Source: an uncultured Acidobacteriota bacterium (lineage in GTDB: Bacteria > Acidobacteriota > Thermoanaerobaculia > Multivoradales > UBA5704). From it: a DNA stretch of 64,000 nt. The DNA lies in contig OY969474.1 in assembly GCA_963700145.1 (NCBI GenBank), positions 5,120,001-5,184,000 of the forward strand. The letters are read 5' to 3'. The notes beneath the pieces are model-generated. The model had not been told where the DNA came from and did no database searches. It saw only the letters and a program-made list of their open reading frames with translations. Shown here piece after piece: positions 26,479-36,550 of this stretch. Position 1 is the stretch's first letter; every line of letters starts with the position of its first letter. Made by a program: the position numbers and the translations under genes.

Positions 26479-28379
26479 CGCAGCCGGCGTAACAGCCGCC
26501 GCGAGCGCTCCACCGCTTCGCGCCGCAGGGTCTCAGTAGCCGAAAGCTGCGGCGCATACCTCAAGTAGTGAAGGTCGTCGGCAAGCTGCACCAGCTCCCG
26601 AGCCGCTTCCCGCTCAGCCCCCTGCGCCGCCAACCGTTCTGCCCAAACCGTAGAAGCCGTCCCCGGCGGCAGACTCCACCGCGCCGCCAAATACTCCCGC
26701 CAAGCCTCCTCGATCCGCGCCGCCGCCTGCCGCGGCCGCTCCTCCCCTTCAGCCTCCCGCAACCGCCCCGCCAGCACCTTCGCCGGCGCCCCCCCACGCA
26801 CCCTCCTATGCCCCGCCCGCCCCCCGTTCCGCCGCCACCAAATCCCCGCCACCACCCCCACCCACGGCAAGGCAAACAACCAAGGCAACAGCCCGTCCAG
26901 CCGCGCCCGTGCCGACGCCGGCTCCGCCGGCAGCGCCGCGCTGCGGATCGAGTGCAACCGCGCCGCCGCCGCCGCCGACCCCGGCTCCGCCGGCCGCACC
27001 GCCAGCTCCACCACCGGCGCCGAAGCCAGCCGGTACGAGGCCGTCTGCGGATCGAAGAACGGCACCTCCGGCAGGTTCAGCGCGTAGCGCCCGGCCCGCT
27101 CCGGCACCACCACCCAGCTCCACGAGCGCCGCCCGCGCACCGTCTCCTCGCGGATCTCCTCCTCCGCCTGCTGCTGCGGCGGGAAGACCTCCAGGTACCG
27201 CCGCTCCGGCAGCTCCGGCGCGCGCACCCCCTGGAGGTTCCCGTCGCCGGCCAGCGTCAGCGTCAGCGTCGCCGCCTCGCCCACCGCCAGCTCCCGCGGC
27301 TCCAGCTGCGCCGCCAGCTCCAGCCGCCCCACCGCGCCGCTGAAGCCCGCCGGCGCCGGCGGCAGCGCCCGCACCTCGACCGCCACCGGCGGGCTCGACG
27401 CCGTGAGCTGCTCGGGCCGCGACATCGGCGGCCCGAAGAAGCGCCGCTCGACGACGCGCACGATCAGCTCCATGACCGACGGCGCCAGCTCGTGCCGCCC
27501 CGGCCGCAGCGCGAAGATCGCCTTCTTGAACAGCACCACGCGCCCGTAGCGCACCCCGTCCACCTCGACCATCTCGGTCGGCAGCCGTTGCGCCAGCGGC
27601 AGCTCGCGCACCCAGAAGCCGCGGAACTCGGGCAGGCTCTTGGGCTGGATCGCGTCCACGTCGTCGCGCGTGTAGAGGTAGACCGTGTAGACCGCCTGCT
27701 GGCCGGCGTAGGGCCGCTCGGGCGCCACCTCGGCGTCGAGGAAGACGCGCGGCCGGTCGGGCCGGCCGAGGCCCTCGAACGGGTTGCCGCCGAAGAAGCG
27801 CTCCCAGGCGTCGCGCGGCCGCGGCTGCACCCGGCGCGGCGCGGCGAGGCCGGCCGGCTCCTCCTGCACCTCGATGAACTGCGCCGGCAGGTCCACCACC
27901 GCGCCGCCGACCCGCAGGCGCACGGCGTGGACGGCGGCGCGGCCGGTCGCCAGCGGGCGGAGCTGCCAGGCGAGGCGGAGAGAGCGCGCGAACGCGCCGT
28001 TGATCGAGCTCGTCTCGCTCATCTCGTACGGGCCCGAGACCAGCTCCAGGTTGTCGAGCTCGAACTCCGGCTGGAAGCGCAGCCGCCCGAAGCCACTGCG
28101 GCGGGCCTCGATCTCGAGGGTGGCGGTCTCGGCGAGGCCGATGCGCTCGGGGGTGAGGCGGATGGAGGCCTCCAGCTCGCCGGCGTGGGCGGGGTGGGGG
28201 AGAAGAGCGAGCGCGGCAAATGCAGCAATCAGGTAAAGACCCGTCATCCTGAGCGCAGCGAAGGATCTGGGCGGGGGAAGCCCTAGGCTCAAGAGTCCCG
28301 CCCCCAGATCCTTCGCTTCGCTCAGGATGACAGGGCTCGTCGGCTCGACACGGCTCACCGCCGCTTGCTCCACCATCAC
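26475..28379 (-). CDS. batD: BatD-family protein
   Basis: Signal h-region, Ig-like segments, FSGAVG, GDGNL, VPFFDP; C-terminal TM; operon position. Confidence 0.85.
   Translation of the reverse strand: MMVEQAAVSRVEPTSPVILSEAKDLGAGLLSLGLPPPRSFAALRMTGLYLIAAFAALALLPHPAHAGELEASIRLTPERIGLAETATLEIEARRSGFGRLRFQPEFELDNLELVSGPYEMSETSSINGAFARSLRLAWQLRPLATGRAAVHAVRLRVGGAVVDLPAQFIEVQEEPAGLAAPRRVQPRPRDAWERFFGGNPFEGLGRPDRPRVFLDAEVAPERPYAGQQAVYTVYLYTRDDVDAIQPKSLPEFRGFWVRELPLAQRLPTEMVEVDGVRYGRVVLFKKAIFALRPGRHELAPSVMELIVRVVERRFFGPPMSRPEQLTASSPPVAVEVRALPPAPAGFSGAVGRLELAAQLEPRELAVGEAATLTLTLAGDGNLQGVRAPELPERRYLEVFPPQQQAEEEIREETVRGRRSWSWVVVPERAGRYALNLPEVPFFDPQTASYRLASAPVVELAVRPAEPGSAAAAARLHSIRSAALPAEPASARARLDGLLPWLFALPWVGVVAGIWWRRNGGRAGHRRVRGGAPAKVLAGRLREAEGEERPRQAAARIEEAWREYLAARWSLPPGTASTVWAERLAAQGAEREAARELVQLADDLHYLRYAPQLSATETLRREAVERSRRLLRRLR
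28243..28331. repeat. Palindromic element B: 29-bp inverted repeats (1 mismatch) inside the batD 5' end, REP-like
   Basis: gtcatcctgagcgcagcgaaggatctggg (28243-28271) / cccagatccttcgcttcgctcaggatgac (28303-28331); translated VILSEAKDL...RSFAALRMT. Confidence 0.9.
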
Positions 28380-29167
28380 CAGTCCTTCCCCCGCAGCGCC
28401 TTCCGCCGCGACTGCTTCGCCGCCGTGTCGCGCCGCTGCTGGCGCTCCAGGTTCTCGACCGACTCGAGCAGCGCCGCCGCTTCGCCGGCGCTCATGTCCG
28501 GCTGCTCGTCGAAGCGGGGGAGCGGCGAGCCCCCCGGCCGCTGCCGCGGGCGCTGGTCGCCGCCGGCGCCGGACGGGGAGGGCTGCGGCGGCTGCTCGCG
28601 CGGGTTGTCCGGCCGCCGCCCCTGCTCGCGGGTCTGCTGATCGCCGCGCCGGTCGCCGCGTGCGCCCTGGCGCGGCAACCCCATGCGCGGCCGCCGCTGC
28701 TTGTCGCGCTCGCGCAGGGCGATCTCCAGGTTGTGCTTGGCGTCCTGGTCGCCGGGGGTGAGACGGAGGGCCTGCTTGTAGGCCTCGACGGCCGCCGCCG
28801 GGTCGCCGGAGGCGAGCTTGGCGTTGCCGAGGTTGTAGTGCGCCGCCGGCGCCAGCTCGCGCGGCGCGCCCTTCGCCGCCTGTTCGAGCACCTCCGCGGC
28901 CCGCCGGTCGCGTCCGGCCGCGAGCGCCGCGGCGCCGGCGTTGTACTGCGCCCGCGGGTCCTCCGGCGCCAAGCGCAGCGCCGTCTCGGCATACCGCAGC
29001 GCGTCGGCCCCTTCGCCCGCGGCGTGCGCCGCGACCGCCCGCTCCGTCCGCTCGCGCGAGTTGTAGAGCCAGCGCTGCACGCCGGCCGGGAGCTGCGGCC
29101 GCCAGCCGAGGTCGGGGAGCGCGGCGGCGCCGAGCGCGAAGAGCAGCGGCAGCACCTTGAGCGTCAT
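28376..29167 (-). CDS. batC: BatC-like TPR protein
   Basis: ATG 29167 overlaps the batB stop; QYNAG, HYNLGNA, YKQALR, AKHNLEIA, Q/P-rich linker, terminal KDW. Confidence 0.82.
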   Translation of the reverse strand: MTLKVLPLLFALGAAALPDLGWRPQLPAGVQRWLYNSRERTERAVAAHAAGEGADALRYAETALRLAPEDPRAQYNAGAAALAAGRDRRAAEVLEQAAKGAPRELAPAAHYNLGNAKLASGDPAAAVEAYKQALRLTPGDQDAKHNLEIALRERDKQRRPRMGLPRQGARGDRRGDQQTREQGRRPDNPREQPPQPSPSGAGGDQRPRQRPGGSPLPRFDEQPDMSAGEAAALLESVENLERQQRRDTAAKQSRRKALRGKDW

Positions 29168-30189
29168 CGCGCCAGCTCCTCTCCGGCGAGCGGACGCGGC
29201 GCCGGCGCGCGCCGGAACGGCCGGACGAGCAGGTGGAGGAGGAGCGCCAGGCCGGCCAGCCCGAGCGGCCACTGGAAGCGCTCCTCCAGCGACGCCAGGC
29301 TTTGCCCTTCGAGCGCCCGTTTCTCCATCCCCTCGACGCGCTCGACGGCCTCGCGCAGGTCGGCGGCGGCGCTGGTCACCCGCCGGTAGCTGCCGCCGGT
29401 GGCCTGCGCCAGCTCCTCTAGCGGCTCCTCGTGGAGCTTGCTGATCACCACGCTCCCGTTCGCCTCGCGCTTGAAGTCACCGCCGGGAATGGGCACCGGC
29501 GCCCCCTCCGGCGTGCCGACGCCGAAGGCGTGCACCACCACGCCTTCGTTGCGCAGCGCCTCGATCGCCTTCTCCAGCCCGCCGCCGTGGTCCTCGCCGT
29601 CGGAGAGGACGATCAGCACCCGGTGCTTGCGCTCTCCCGGCGGGTAGAGGCGGCGCGCGGCCTCGAAGCCCGGCGCCAGCTCGGTGCCGGGGACCGGCAG
29701 CGACCCCGGCTCGACGGTGTCGAGGAGGAGGTCGATCACCGCCGCGTCGATGGTCAGCGGCGCCAGCACCATGCCGGTGCCCTCGGTCTGCACCAGCGCC
29801 ACGCGGTTGCCGGGAAGCCGCTCGACGAGCCGTCGCACCAAGCTCTTCGCGACGTAGAGGCGCGAGGGCGGGACGTCCACCGCCGCCATCGAGAGCGAGG
29901 AGTCGAGGAGGAAGACGACGTCCACGCCGCGCCGCTCGACCTGCTCCTGGCTCGTCCCCCAGCGCGGGCGGGCGAGCGCGAGCCCTGCCCCCAGGACCGC
30001 CAGCGCCAGGGTCAGCACCGAGAGCGCGACGCGGCGCGGCCGGTGCGTGGCGAAGAGGCGGTCCCAAAGCCCGCGCGCCGCCCAGGCAGCCGCCGCCGCC
30101 AGCCGCCGCCGCCACGCCCAGCCGGCGGCCAGCGCCACCGCGGGGGCGAGCAGGGCCAGCCACAGCAGGGAAGGCGCGCCCCAGCTCAT
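29164..30189 (-). CDS. batB: BatB-like VWA protein
   Basis: ALARPRWG, MIDAS DSSLSM, PLTID, LSDGEDH, GVGTPEG. Confidence 0.88.
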   Translation of the reverse strand: MSWGAPSLLWLALLAPAVALAAGWAWRRRLAAAAAWAARGLWDRLFATHRPRRVALSVLTLALAVLGAGLALARPRWGTSQEQVERRGVDVVFLLDSSLSMAAVDVPPSRLYVAKSLVRRLVERLPGNRVALVQTEGTGMVLAPLTIDAAVIDLLLDTVEPGSLPVPGTELAPGFEAARRLYPPGERKHRVLIVLSDGEDHGGGLEKAIEALRNEGVVVHAFGVGTPEGAPVPIPGGDFKREANGSVVISKLHEEPLEELAQATGGSYRRVTSAAADLREAVERVEGMEKRALEGQSLASLEERFQWPLGLAGLALLLHLLVRPFRRAPAPRPLAGEELAR

Positions 30190-31190
30190 GGCTCGGCCGT
30201 CACCTGCGCGAAAGCCCCCGCCAGCGGCAGCAGGAGCAGCCCGAGCGCCGTCCAGACCAGCGGCGGGAACGCCTCCCGGTAGCGCACGTAGCGCTTGACC
30301 TTGAGCGGCGTCCGCTCCAGCCGGTCGATCGCCTGGAAGACGCCGCGCAGGCTCTCGGGGTCGGTGGCGAGGAAGAAGCGGCCGCCGGTGCGCCGGGCGA
30401 TCGCGGCCAGCAGCTCGGTGTCCACCGGCAGGTGCATCATCAGCCGCTGCACCACGACCGCCCCGGTCAGCGGATCGACGTTGCGCATCGGCACCGGCAC
30501 CCGCCCCGCGCCCTCGACGCCGACGCCGATCGTGTGCACCTTGATCCCCAGCCCCTCGCAGAGCGCCGCCGCCGAGCGCGGGTCGATCTCCCCGGCGTTG
30601 TTGACGCCGTCGGTGACCAGCACCACCACCTTGCTGCGCGCCTCGCTGTCCTTGAGTCGCGAGGCGGCGTTGGCGAGGCCGACCCCGATCGCCGTGCCGG
30701 CGGGCAGCGTGTCGAGCTCCAGCGAGTCGACGATCAGCGCCAGCATCTCGCGGTCGGTGGTCAGCGGCGCCCGGCTCATCGCGGCGCCGGCGAAGACCAC
30801 TAGGCCGATGCGGTCGGCCGGGCGCCCGGCGATGAACTCCTTGACCACGTCCTTGGCGACGTTCAGCCGGTTGCGCGGCCGGAAGTCCTCGGCCGCCATG
30901 CTCCCCGAGATATCCAGCACCACCTGGATGTCGATCCCCTCGGTCAGGCTCTCCTCCCAGGCGTAACCAAGCTGCGGCCGCGCCAGCGCCACGACCAGGC
31001 AGGCGAGCGCGAGGAGCCGGGCGTAGAACGGCAGGTGGAGCCGCCAGGCGCCGCCGGCGCGCGCCGGCAGCCGGCTGTAGGTCAGCGCGCCGAAGGCCGG
31101 CCGCTGGTGGTGCAGCCAGGCGATGACCGGCAACGCCAGGAGCGCGAGCAGCCAGAGCGGATCGGCCAAGTGGGGGAAGGGCTGCTGCAT
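30186..31190 (-). CDS. batA: BatA-like VWA protein
   Basis: ALARPQ, GIDI..VLDISGSM, DRIGLVVF, GTAIG, VTDGVNNAG. Confidence 0.9.
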   Translation of the reverse strand: MQQPFPHLADPLWLLALLALPVIAWLHHQRPAFGALTYSRLPARAGGAWRLHLPFYARLLALACLVVALARPQLGYAWEESLTEGIDIQVVLDISGSMAAEDFRPRNRLNVAKDVVKEFIAGRPADRIGLVVFAGAAMSRAPLTTDREMLALIVDSLELDTLPAGTAIGVGLANAASRLKDSEARSKVVVLVTDGVNNAGEIDPRSAAALCEGLGIKVHTIGVGVEGAGRVPVPMRNVDPLTGAVVVQRLMMHLPVDTELLAAIARRTGGRFFLATDPESLRGVFQAIDRLERTPLKVKRYVRYREAFPPLVWTALGLLLLPLAGAFAQVTAEP

Positions 31191-31200
31191 GGCGCTCCCG

Positions 31201-32367
31201 CTAGGCGGCCCTCGGCGGCGCGGCGGCGCCCTCGGCCGCGGCGAGCTCCGGCGGCCGCAGCTCCCGCTCCAGCTCCTCGGCCAGCGACCGCGCCCGCTCC
31301 ACCCGCCCCTCGGTCTCCTCGCGGCCGACTTCTTGCCGCGCGAACTTCACCAGGTCGCAAGCCCGCAGCAGCTCCACCACCCGCCGCACCAGCGGCGCCG
31401 GCAGCCGCCGCCCGAGGAGCTGCCGATGGATCTCCGTCGTCGTCCGCTCGAGCGCCGCGAACCCCGCAGCCCGCCCGAGATACCGCCGGAAGGCGTGCGA
31501 CAGCCGCGTATGCACCCGCACCGAAGACCCCTCCGCCGCCAGCCGCTCCAACTCCGCGAGCAGCTCCGGCAGCGGCTCCATCACCGGCACCGCCTCCGCC
31601 CCTTCACTCTCCCGCAGTCTCCACGCATAGAGCGCAATCGCCCCCGCCAGCAGCAGCCCCCCCACCGCCAAGCTCCACCAGAACGCATCCCCGATCGGCA
31701 ACCCAACCGGCGGCTTCTCCGCCTTCGGCTCCGGCGTCTCGTCTCCAGGAGGCAGCACCGACCGCACCTCGATCGAAACCCCCTCCGGCGTAACCACCCG
31801 CACCGTTCCCCCCGCCAGCGGCACCACCACCTCCACCGTCGGCAACACCAACCCGCCCGGCGCGAACCCCGTCAACACCACGCGCTGCCGCCAAGAGTCC
31901 CCCACCCGCTCCGGCTCCGAAGCCTCCAGCACCTCGGCCTCGCCCCACCCCCTCCGCCACGAAGGAAACCGCGGCGGCCCCGTCATCCCTTCGGCGCCCA
32001 CCAACGCGAGCTCTGCTGTCACCCGATCGCCCACGGTGATGGTCTCCGGAAAAACCTTCACCTCTATCCGAGGCCCAGACTGAGCAAAGAGCGGGGTAAG
32101 GAAGAAGAAGGCGAGGAGCAGGAGCGTTCCGAATCGGCCGATGCCGGTTCCCGGGGCCAGCCAGGTCTCTGGAGCGCCGGGCGCTCCGTCCGCACCCCTC
32201 GCATGCCCCTCAGAAGCGCCGGAGCCGCCCACCGTGTTTGCCGGCAACATCCCCCTGTACCAGCACGCGAAGCGCGGACACCAAGGAGCGCCCGGCGCGG
32301 AGGAGAGCCTGGTGGCCCCCACACCGGCCCTCCCGACGGCACGCTCTTTCTTCATCGTCACAGTCAC
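31201..32367 (-). CDS. bat-operon membrane protein between DUF58 and batA (start GTG 32367 or ATG 32355)
   Basis: h-region LLLLAFFFLTPLFA, ITVGD, VRSVLP, TM segment, ALERTTTEI, DLVKFA; GTGA overlap with the DUF58 stop. Confidence 0.75.
   Translation of the reverse strand: MTVTMKKERAVGRAGVGATRLSSAPGAPWCPRFACWYRGMLPANTVGGSGASEGHARGADGAPGAPETWLAPGTGIGRFGTLLLLAFFFLTPLFAQSGPRIEVKVFPETITVGDRVTAELALVGAEGMTGPPRFPSWRRGWGEAEVLEASEPERVGDSWRQRVVLTGFAPGGLVLPTVEVVVPLAGGTVRVVTPEGVSIEVRSVLPPGDETPEPKAEKPPVGLPIGDAFWWSLAVGGLLLAGAIALYAWRLRESEGAEAVPVMEPLPELLAELERLAAEGSSVRVHTRLSHAFRRYLGRAAGFAALERTTTEIHRQLLGRRLPAPLVRRVVELLRACDLVKFARQEVGREETEGRVERARSLAEELERELRPPELAAAEGAAAPPRAA
32153..32319. repeat. Palindromic element C: imperfect ~35-bp inverted repeats inside the 5' end of the 31201 gene
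   Basis: ggggccagccaggtctctggagcgccgggcgctcc / ggagcgcccggcgcggaggagagcctggtggcccc; 14-bp perfect core. Confidence 0.75.
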
Positions 32368-33317
32368 CGCTGCAACCTCCGCCGCCGCTGCTCGAAGAAC
32401 GACAACAACGTCGGCAGATAAGGCCGATCCGTCCGCAGCTCCAGATGGTCCACCCCAAGCCGCCGCAACAACTGCCGCAGCTCCGCCCGCTCCCGCTGCC
32501 GCCGCGCCAAATGCTCCCGCCCCAACCGCCTCCCCGAAACCACCCCCCACCGCCCAGTCTCAGCATCCCGCAACACCACCGGCCCCACCGCCGGAAACTC
32601 CAAGTCCCGCGGATCCACCACCTCCACAACGATCAAGTCATGCCGCGCGGCAGCCGACTTCAACGCCTGCGGACAAGCCGCCCCGATGAAATCCGACACC
32701 ACGAACAGCACCGCCCGCCGATGCAGCGCCGCCAGCACCGCCCCCAGCCCCGCCTCCAGATCCGTCCCCCCATGCGCCGGCCGATCCAGCAGCTCCCGCA
32801 CCATCCGCAACACGTGCGTCCGCCGCCGCCGCGGCGGCAGGAACAGCTCCAGCCGGTCCGAGATCAGCGCCGCCCCCACCCGGTCCTGATTGCGCACGGC
32901 CGCGAAGGCCACCAGCGCCGAGACCTCCGCCGCCAGCTCGCGCTTCAAAATCGCGCGCGACCCGAACGACAGGCTCCCGGAGACGTCGATCGCCAAAAAC
33001 ACCGTCAGGTCCCGCTCCTCGACGTACTGCTTGACGAAGGGCGCCCCCATCCGCGCCGTCACGTTCCAGTCGATCGAGCGCACGTCGTCGCCCGGCTGGT
33101 AGGCGCGCACCTCGGCGAACTCCATGCCGCGCCCCTTGAAGACCGAGTGGTAGTCGCCGGCGACGCCCTGGTCGACCAGCCGGTTGGTGGCGATCTCGAT
33201 CCGCCGCACCTTGGCCATCAGGTCGGCGGGGAGGCGGCGGGCGGGCGCCTTCGTGCGGGCTTGCTCGCTACGGGGGGCCGGCTGCCGGCGGACGAGGCGA
33301 CCGAGGGCCTCCAGCAT
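32364..33317 (-). CDS. DUF58 family protein
   Basis: FKGRGMEFAEVRAYQPGDDVRSIDWNVTAR, DVSGS, VSDF. Confidence 0.93.
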   Translation of the reverse strand: MLEALGRLVRRQPAPRSEQARTKAPARRLPADLMAKVRRIEIATNRLVDQGVAGDYHSVFKGRGMEFAEVRAYQPGDDVRSIDWNVTARMGAPFVKQYVEERDLTVFLAIDVSGSLSFGSRAILKRELAAEVSALVAFAAVRNQDRVGAALISDRLELFLPPRRRRTHVLRMVRELLDRPAHGGTDLEAGLGAVLAALHRRAVLFVVSDFIGAACPQALKSAAARHDLIVVEVVDPRDLEFPAVGPVVLRDAETGRWGVVSGRRLGREHLARRQRERAELRQLLRRLGVDHLELRTDRPYLPTLLSFFEQRRRRLQR

Positions 33318-33327
33318 CGCGGACGTC

Positions 33328-34344
<1,017 letters not shown>

Positions 34345-34480
34345 CCGAGGAGCGGGGGTGCAAGTGAAGTGCCACGGCGGAGGCCCGTAAAGCCTTGGGG
34401 CGACGGCACAAAGAGGCGCATTCCCACGCCGCCAATGCCAATTCGGCAGGGGAGGGCGGCGCACGGGCAGCCCTTTCCCC

Positions 34481-34740
34481 GCCGGGCGCTCCAGGACGCA
34501 AACGGGCGCTCCCGAACGCAGACGGGCGCTCCGGAACCGAAACGGGCGCTCCGGAACCGAAACGGGCGCTCCCGCACCGAAACGGGCGCTCCCGCACCCA
34601 AACGGGCGCTCGCGGACGCAAACGGGCGCTCGCGCACCGAGATGGGCGCTCCGGGACCGAAACGGGCGCTCGCGCACCGAAACGGGCGCTCGGGAACCGA
34701 ACTGGCCGCTCCGAAACGGAAACGGGCGCTTCGGAAGCCA
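34481..34740. repeat. Tandem array, 13 x 20 bp, consensus AACGGGCGCTCSSGVACSSA
   Basis: Exact 20-nt period with no indels; near-invariant CGGGCGCTC core. Confidence 0.95.
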
Positions 34741-34901
34741 CGGCCGCGCTTCCGTCTCCGTCTTTGGTGGTCGGTCGCCCTCCCCGGGCGCCGCTCAGAC
34801 CGCGCGGACGACGAGCCTCCCCGCCCGGACCTCCACCTCGTACGCCTGCCCGAGGTCAAACCCTGCCGCCCGCAGCCACCGACCTGACAGCCGCAGGTCT
34901 C

Positions 34902-36360
34902 GGGGTTGTCCCTCCCGCTGTTGAAAGAGCAATGAGGTGAAGGCGGCTCCTCGGCCCACCTGATCGAGAATCGGGTTGGTCGAATAACCGGCCCCGCCAG
35001 GGGGCCAAGGAGCCGTGATGAAGACGAGAGCAGAAAGGCGGGTGGTGTGGCAAGGGGGCCGTGCGGCGCGCATCAGCCACGGGCTACAAGCGCTGCTGCG
35101 GCCGATGGTCGAGGGCATCGAGGCCAGCCGCCAGGGGCTGCTGGAGCTGTTTCACGCCGCGGGCGTCGAGGCCCTGGGGCGGCAGCTCGCGGACGAGGTC
35201 GAGGCCGTCGTCGGTCCGAAGCGTCGGCGCAATCCGACCCGCGAGGCGTACCGCTGGGGCTCGACGGCGAGCGAGTTCGTGCTGGGTGGCCGCCAGGTGG
35301 CGCTGCCGCGACCGCGCGTCCGGCGACGCGACGGTGGCGAGATGAGCTTGCCTTCGGTGCGCGCCTTTCAGGACGAAGATCCCTTCACGGAGCGGGTGAT
35401 CGAGCAGGCGCTGGTCGGCGTCTCGCAGCGCCGCTACGGTCGGAGCTTGGAGCCGCTCGCAGAGTCGGTGCCGGAGCGCGCGACGAGCAAGAGTGCGGTC
35501 CAGCGCCGGCTGGTGGCGGGGACGCGTCGTCTGCTGGGCGCGTGGCTGCGCCGAGACCTGTCGGACTTCCAGCCCCTGATCCTGATGATCGACGGGCTGG
35601 AGGTGGCCGGCCACACCCTGGTGGTGGCACTCGGCATCGCGCGCGACGGGACCAAGCGGGTGCTCGGCCTGCGTGAAGGCGCGACGGAGAACGCGGCGCT
35701 CTGTACCGGCCTGCTCCAGGAGCTGTTGGAGCGAGGCCTCGCGATGCCGCCGCGCTTCTTGGCGGTGCTCGACGGCGGCAAGGGGCTGCGCAAGGCCGTG
35801 CGCGCCGTCTTCGGGGACGCAACCCACGTCCAGCGCTGCCAGCTCCACAAGCGCCGCAACGTCCGCGACCACCTGCCCAAGCAGCTCCAAGCCCGGGTCG
35901 ACCGCCTGATGGTCGAGGCCTACCAGAGCGCTCGCTTCGACCTCGCCAAGCGTCGCCTCGAGCAGCTTGCCCGCTGGCTCGAGCACGCAGGCCACGCGGG
36001 CGCCGCGGGCAGCCTGCGCGAGGGCCTCGACGAGACCCTCACCGCCTTGCGGCTGAAGCTGCCCGACGCTCTGCGCCGGTTGCTCGCCTCGACCAACGCG
36101 ATCGAGAACACGATCGGCTCGATCCGTACGACGACGCGCAACGTCAAGCGCTGGCGCGGCGGCGACATGGTGCTGCGCTGGGTCGCCCTGGCGCTGTGTG
36201 ACGCGGAGGCTGGCTTCCGGCGTGTCAAGGGACATCGGCACCTCGGGGCTCTCGAGCTCGCGCTCGCGGCGATCGAGGAACCGACGAACACCAAGGCCGT
36301 GGCATGATCAACCGAGCCGCTTTCCCTCTTTCGGCTTTCAACAGGGAACGGGGCATCCCC
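34902..36360 (+). mobile_element. IS256-family insertion sequence, copy 1 (1459 bp)
   Basis: Imperfect terminal IRs ggggttgtccctcccgctgttgaaag / ggggatgccccgttccctgttgaaag; same length as copy 2. Confidence 0.93.
35015..36307 (+). CDS. IS256/Mutator-family DDE transposase
   Basis: LMIDG, VLDGGKGL, QRCQLHKRRN, STNAIEN. Confidence 0.93.
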   Translation: MMKTRAERRVVWQGGRAARISHGLQALLRPMVEGIEASRQGLLELFHAAGVEALGRQLADEVEAVVGPKRRRNPTREAYRWGSTASEFVLGGRQVALPRPRVRRRDGGEMSLPSVRAFQDEDPFTERVIEQALVGVSQRRYGRSLEPLAESVPERATSKSAVQRRLVAGTRRLLGAWLRRDLSDFQPLILMIDGLEVAGHTLVVALGIARDGTKRVLGLREGATENAALCTGLLQELLERGLAMPPRFLAVLDGGKGLRKAVRAVFGDATHVQRCQLHKRRNVRDHLPKQLQARVDRLMVEAYQSARFDLAKRRLEQLARWLEHAGHAGAAGSLREGLDETLTALRLKLPDALRRLLASTNAIENTIGSIRTTTRNVKRWRGGDMVLRWVALALCDAEAGFRRVKGHRHLGALELALAAIEEPTNTKAVA

Positions 36361-36550
36361 GTCCGCAGGTCCGGCACCCGCGCGCTCGCCGCAAGAGCTG
36401 CATGCCCCTTTGTTATACTGGCTAACTAATTGAGAGCAATGCAATGGTATCGGTAGTCGGAGCCGCGGAGCATTAGACGACAGCCCACTGCCGGCTACGC
36501 TGCCGAACCGCAGCCTTGAAACAGAGATTCGCCGGCACTGCGCGCACAGC

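Larger units (their letters stand above)
34795..36377 (-). pseudogene. symE: SymE-like small toxin gene split by IS256 copy 1
   Basis: Joining both flanks gives VPDLRLSGRWLRAAGFDLGQAYEVEVRAGRLVVRAV*, matching the SymE pattern L.L.G.WL..AGF..G; true start uncertain. Confidence 0.7.

Noticed and set aside
34481-34740. CRISPR array
   Set aside because: The 20-nt unit is too short, the variable parts are related to each other rather than unique spacers, and no cas genes are present
34345-34741. Long N-terminal extension of MoxR and other ORFs running through the array
   Set aside because: The 20-nt period is not codon-phased; the frames are open only because the repeat lacks stops
36409-36429. 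TTTGTTA-N7-TAACTAA as a dif or integron attI site
   Set aside because: Poor match to either consensus and no recombinase nearby; may be a promoter or operator
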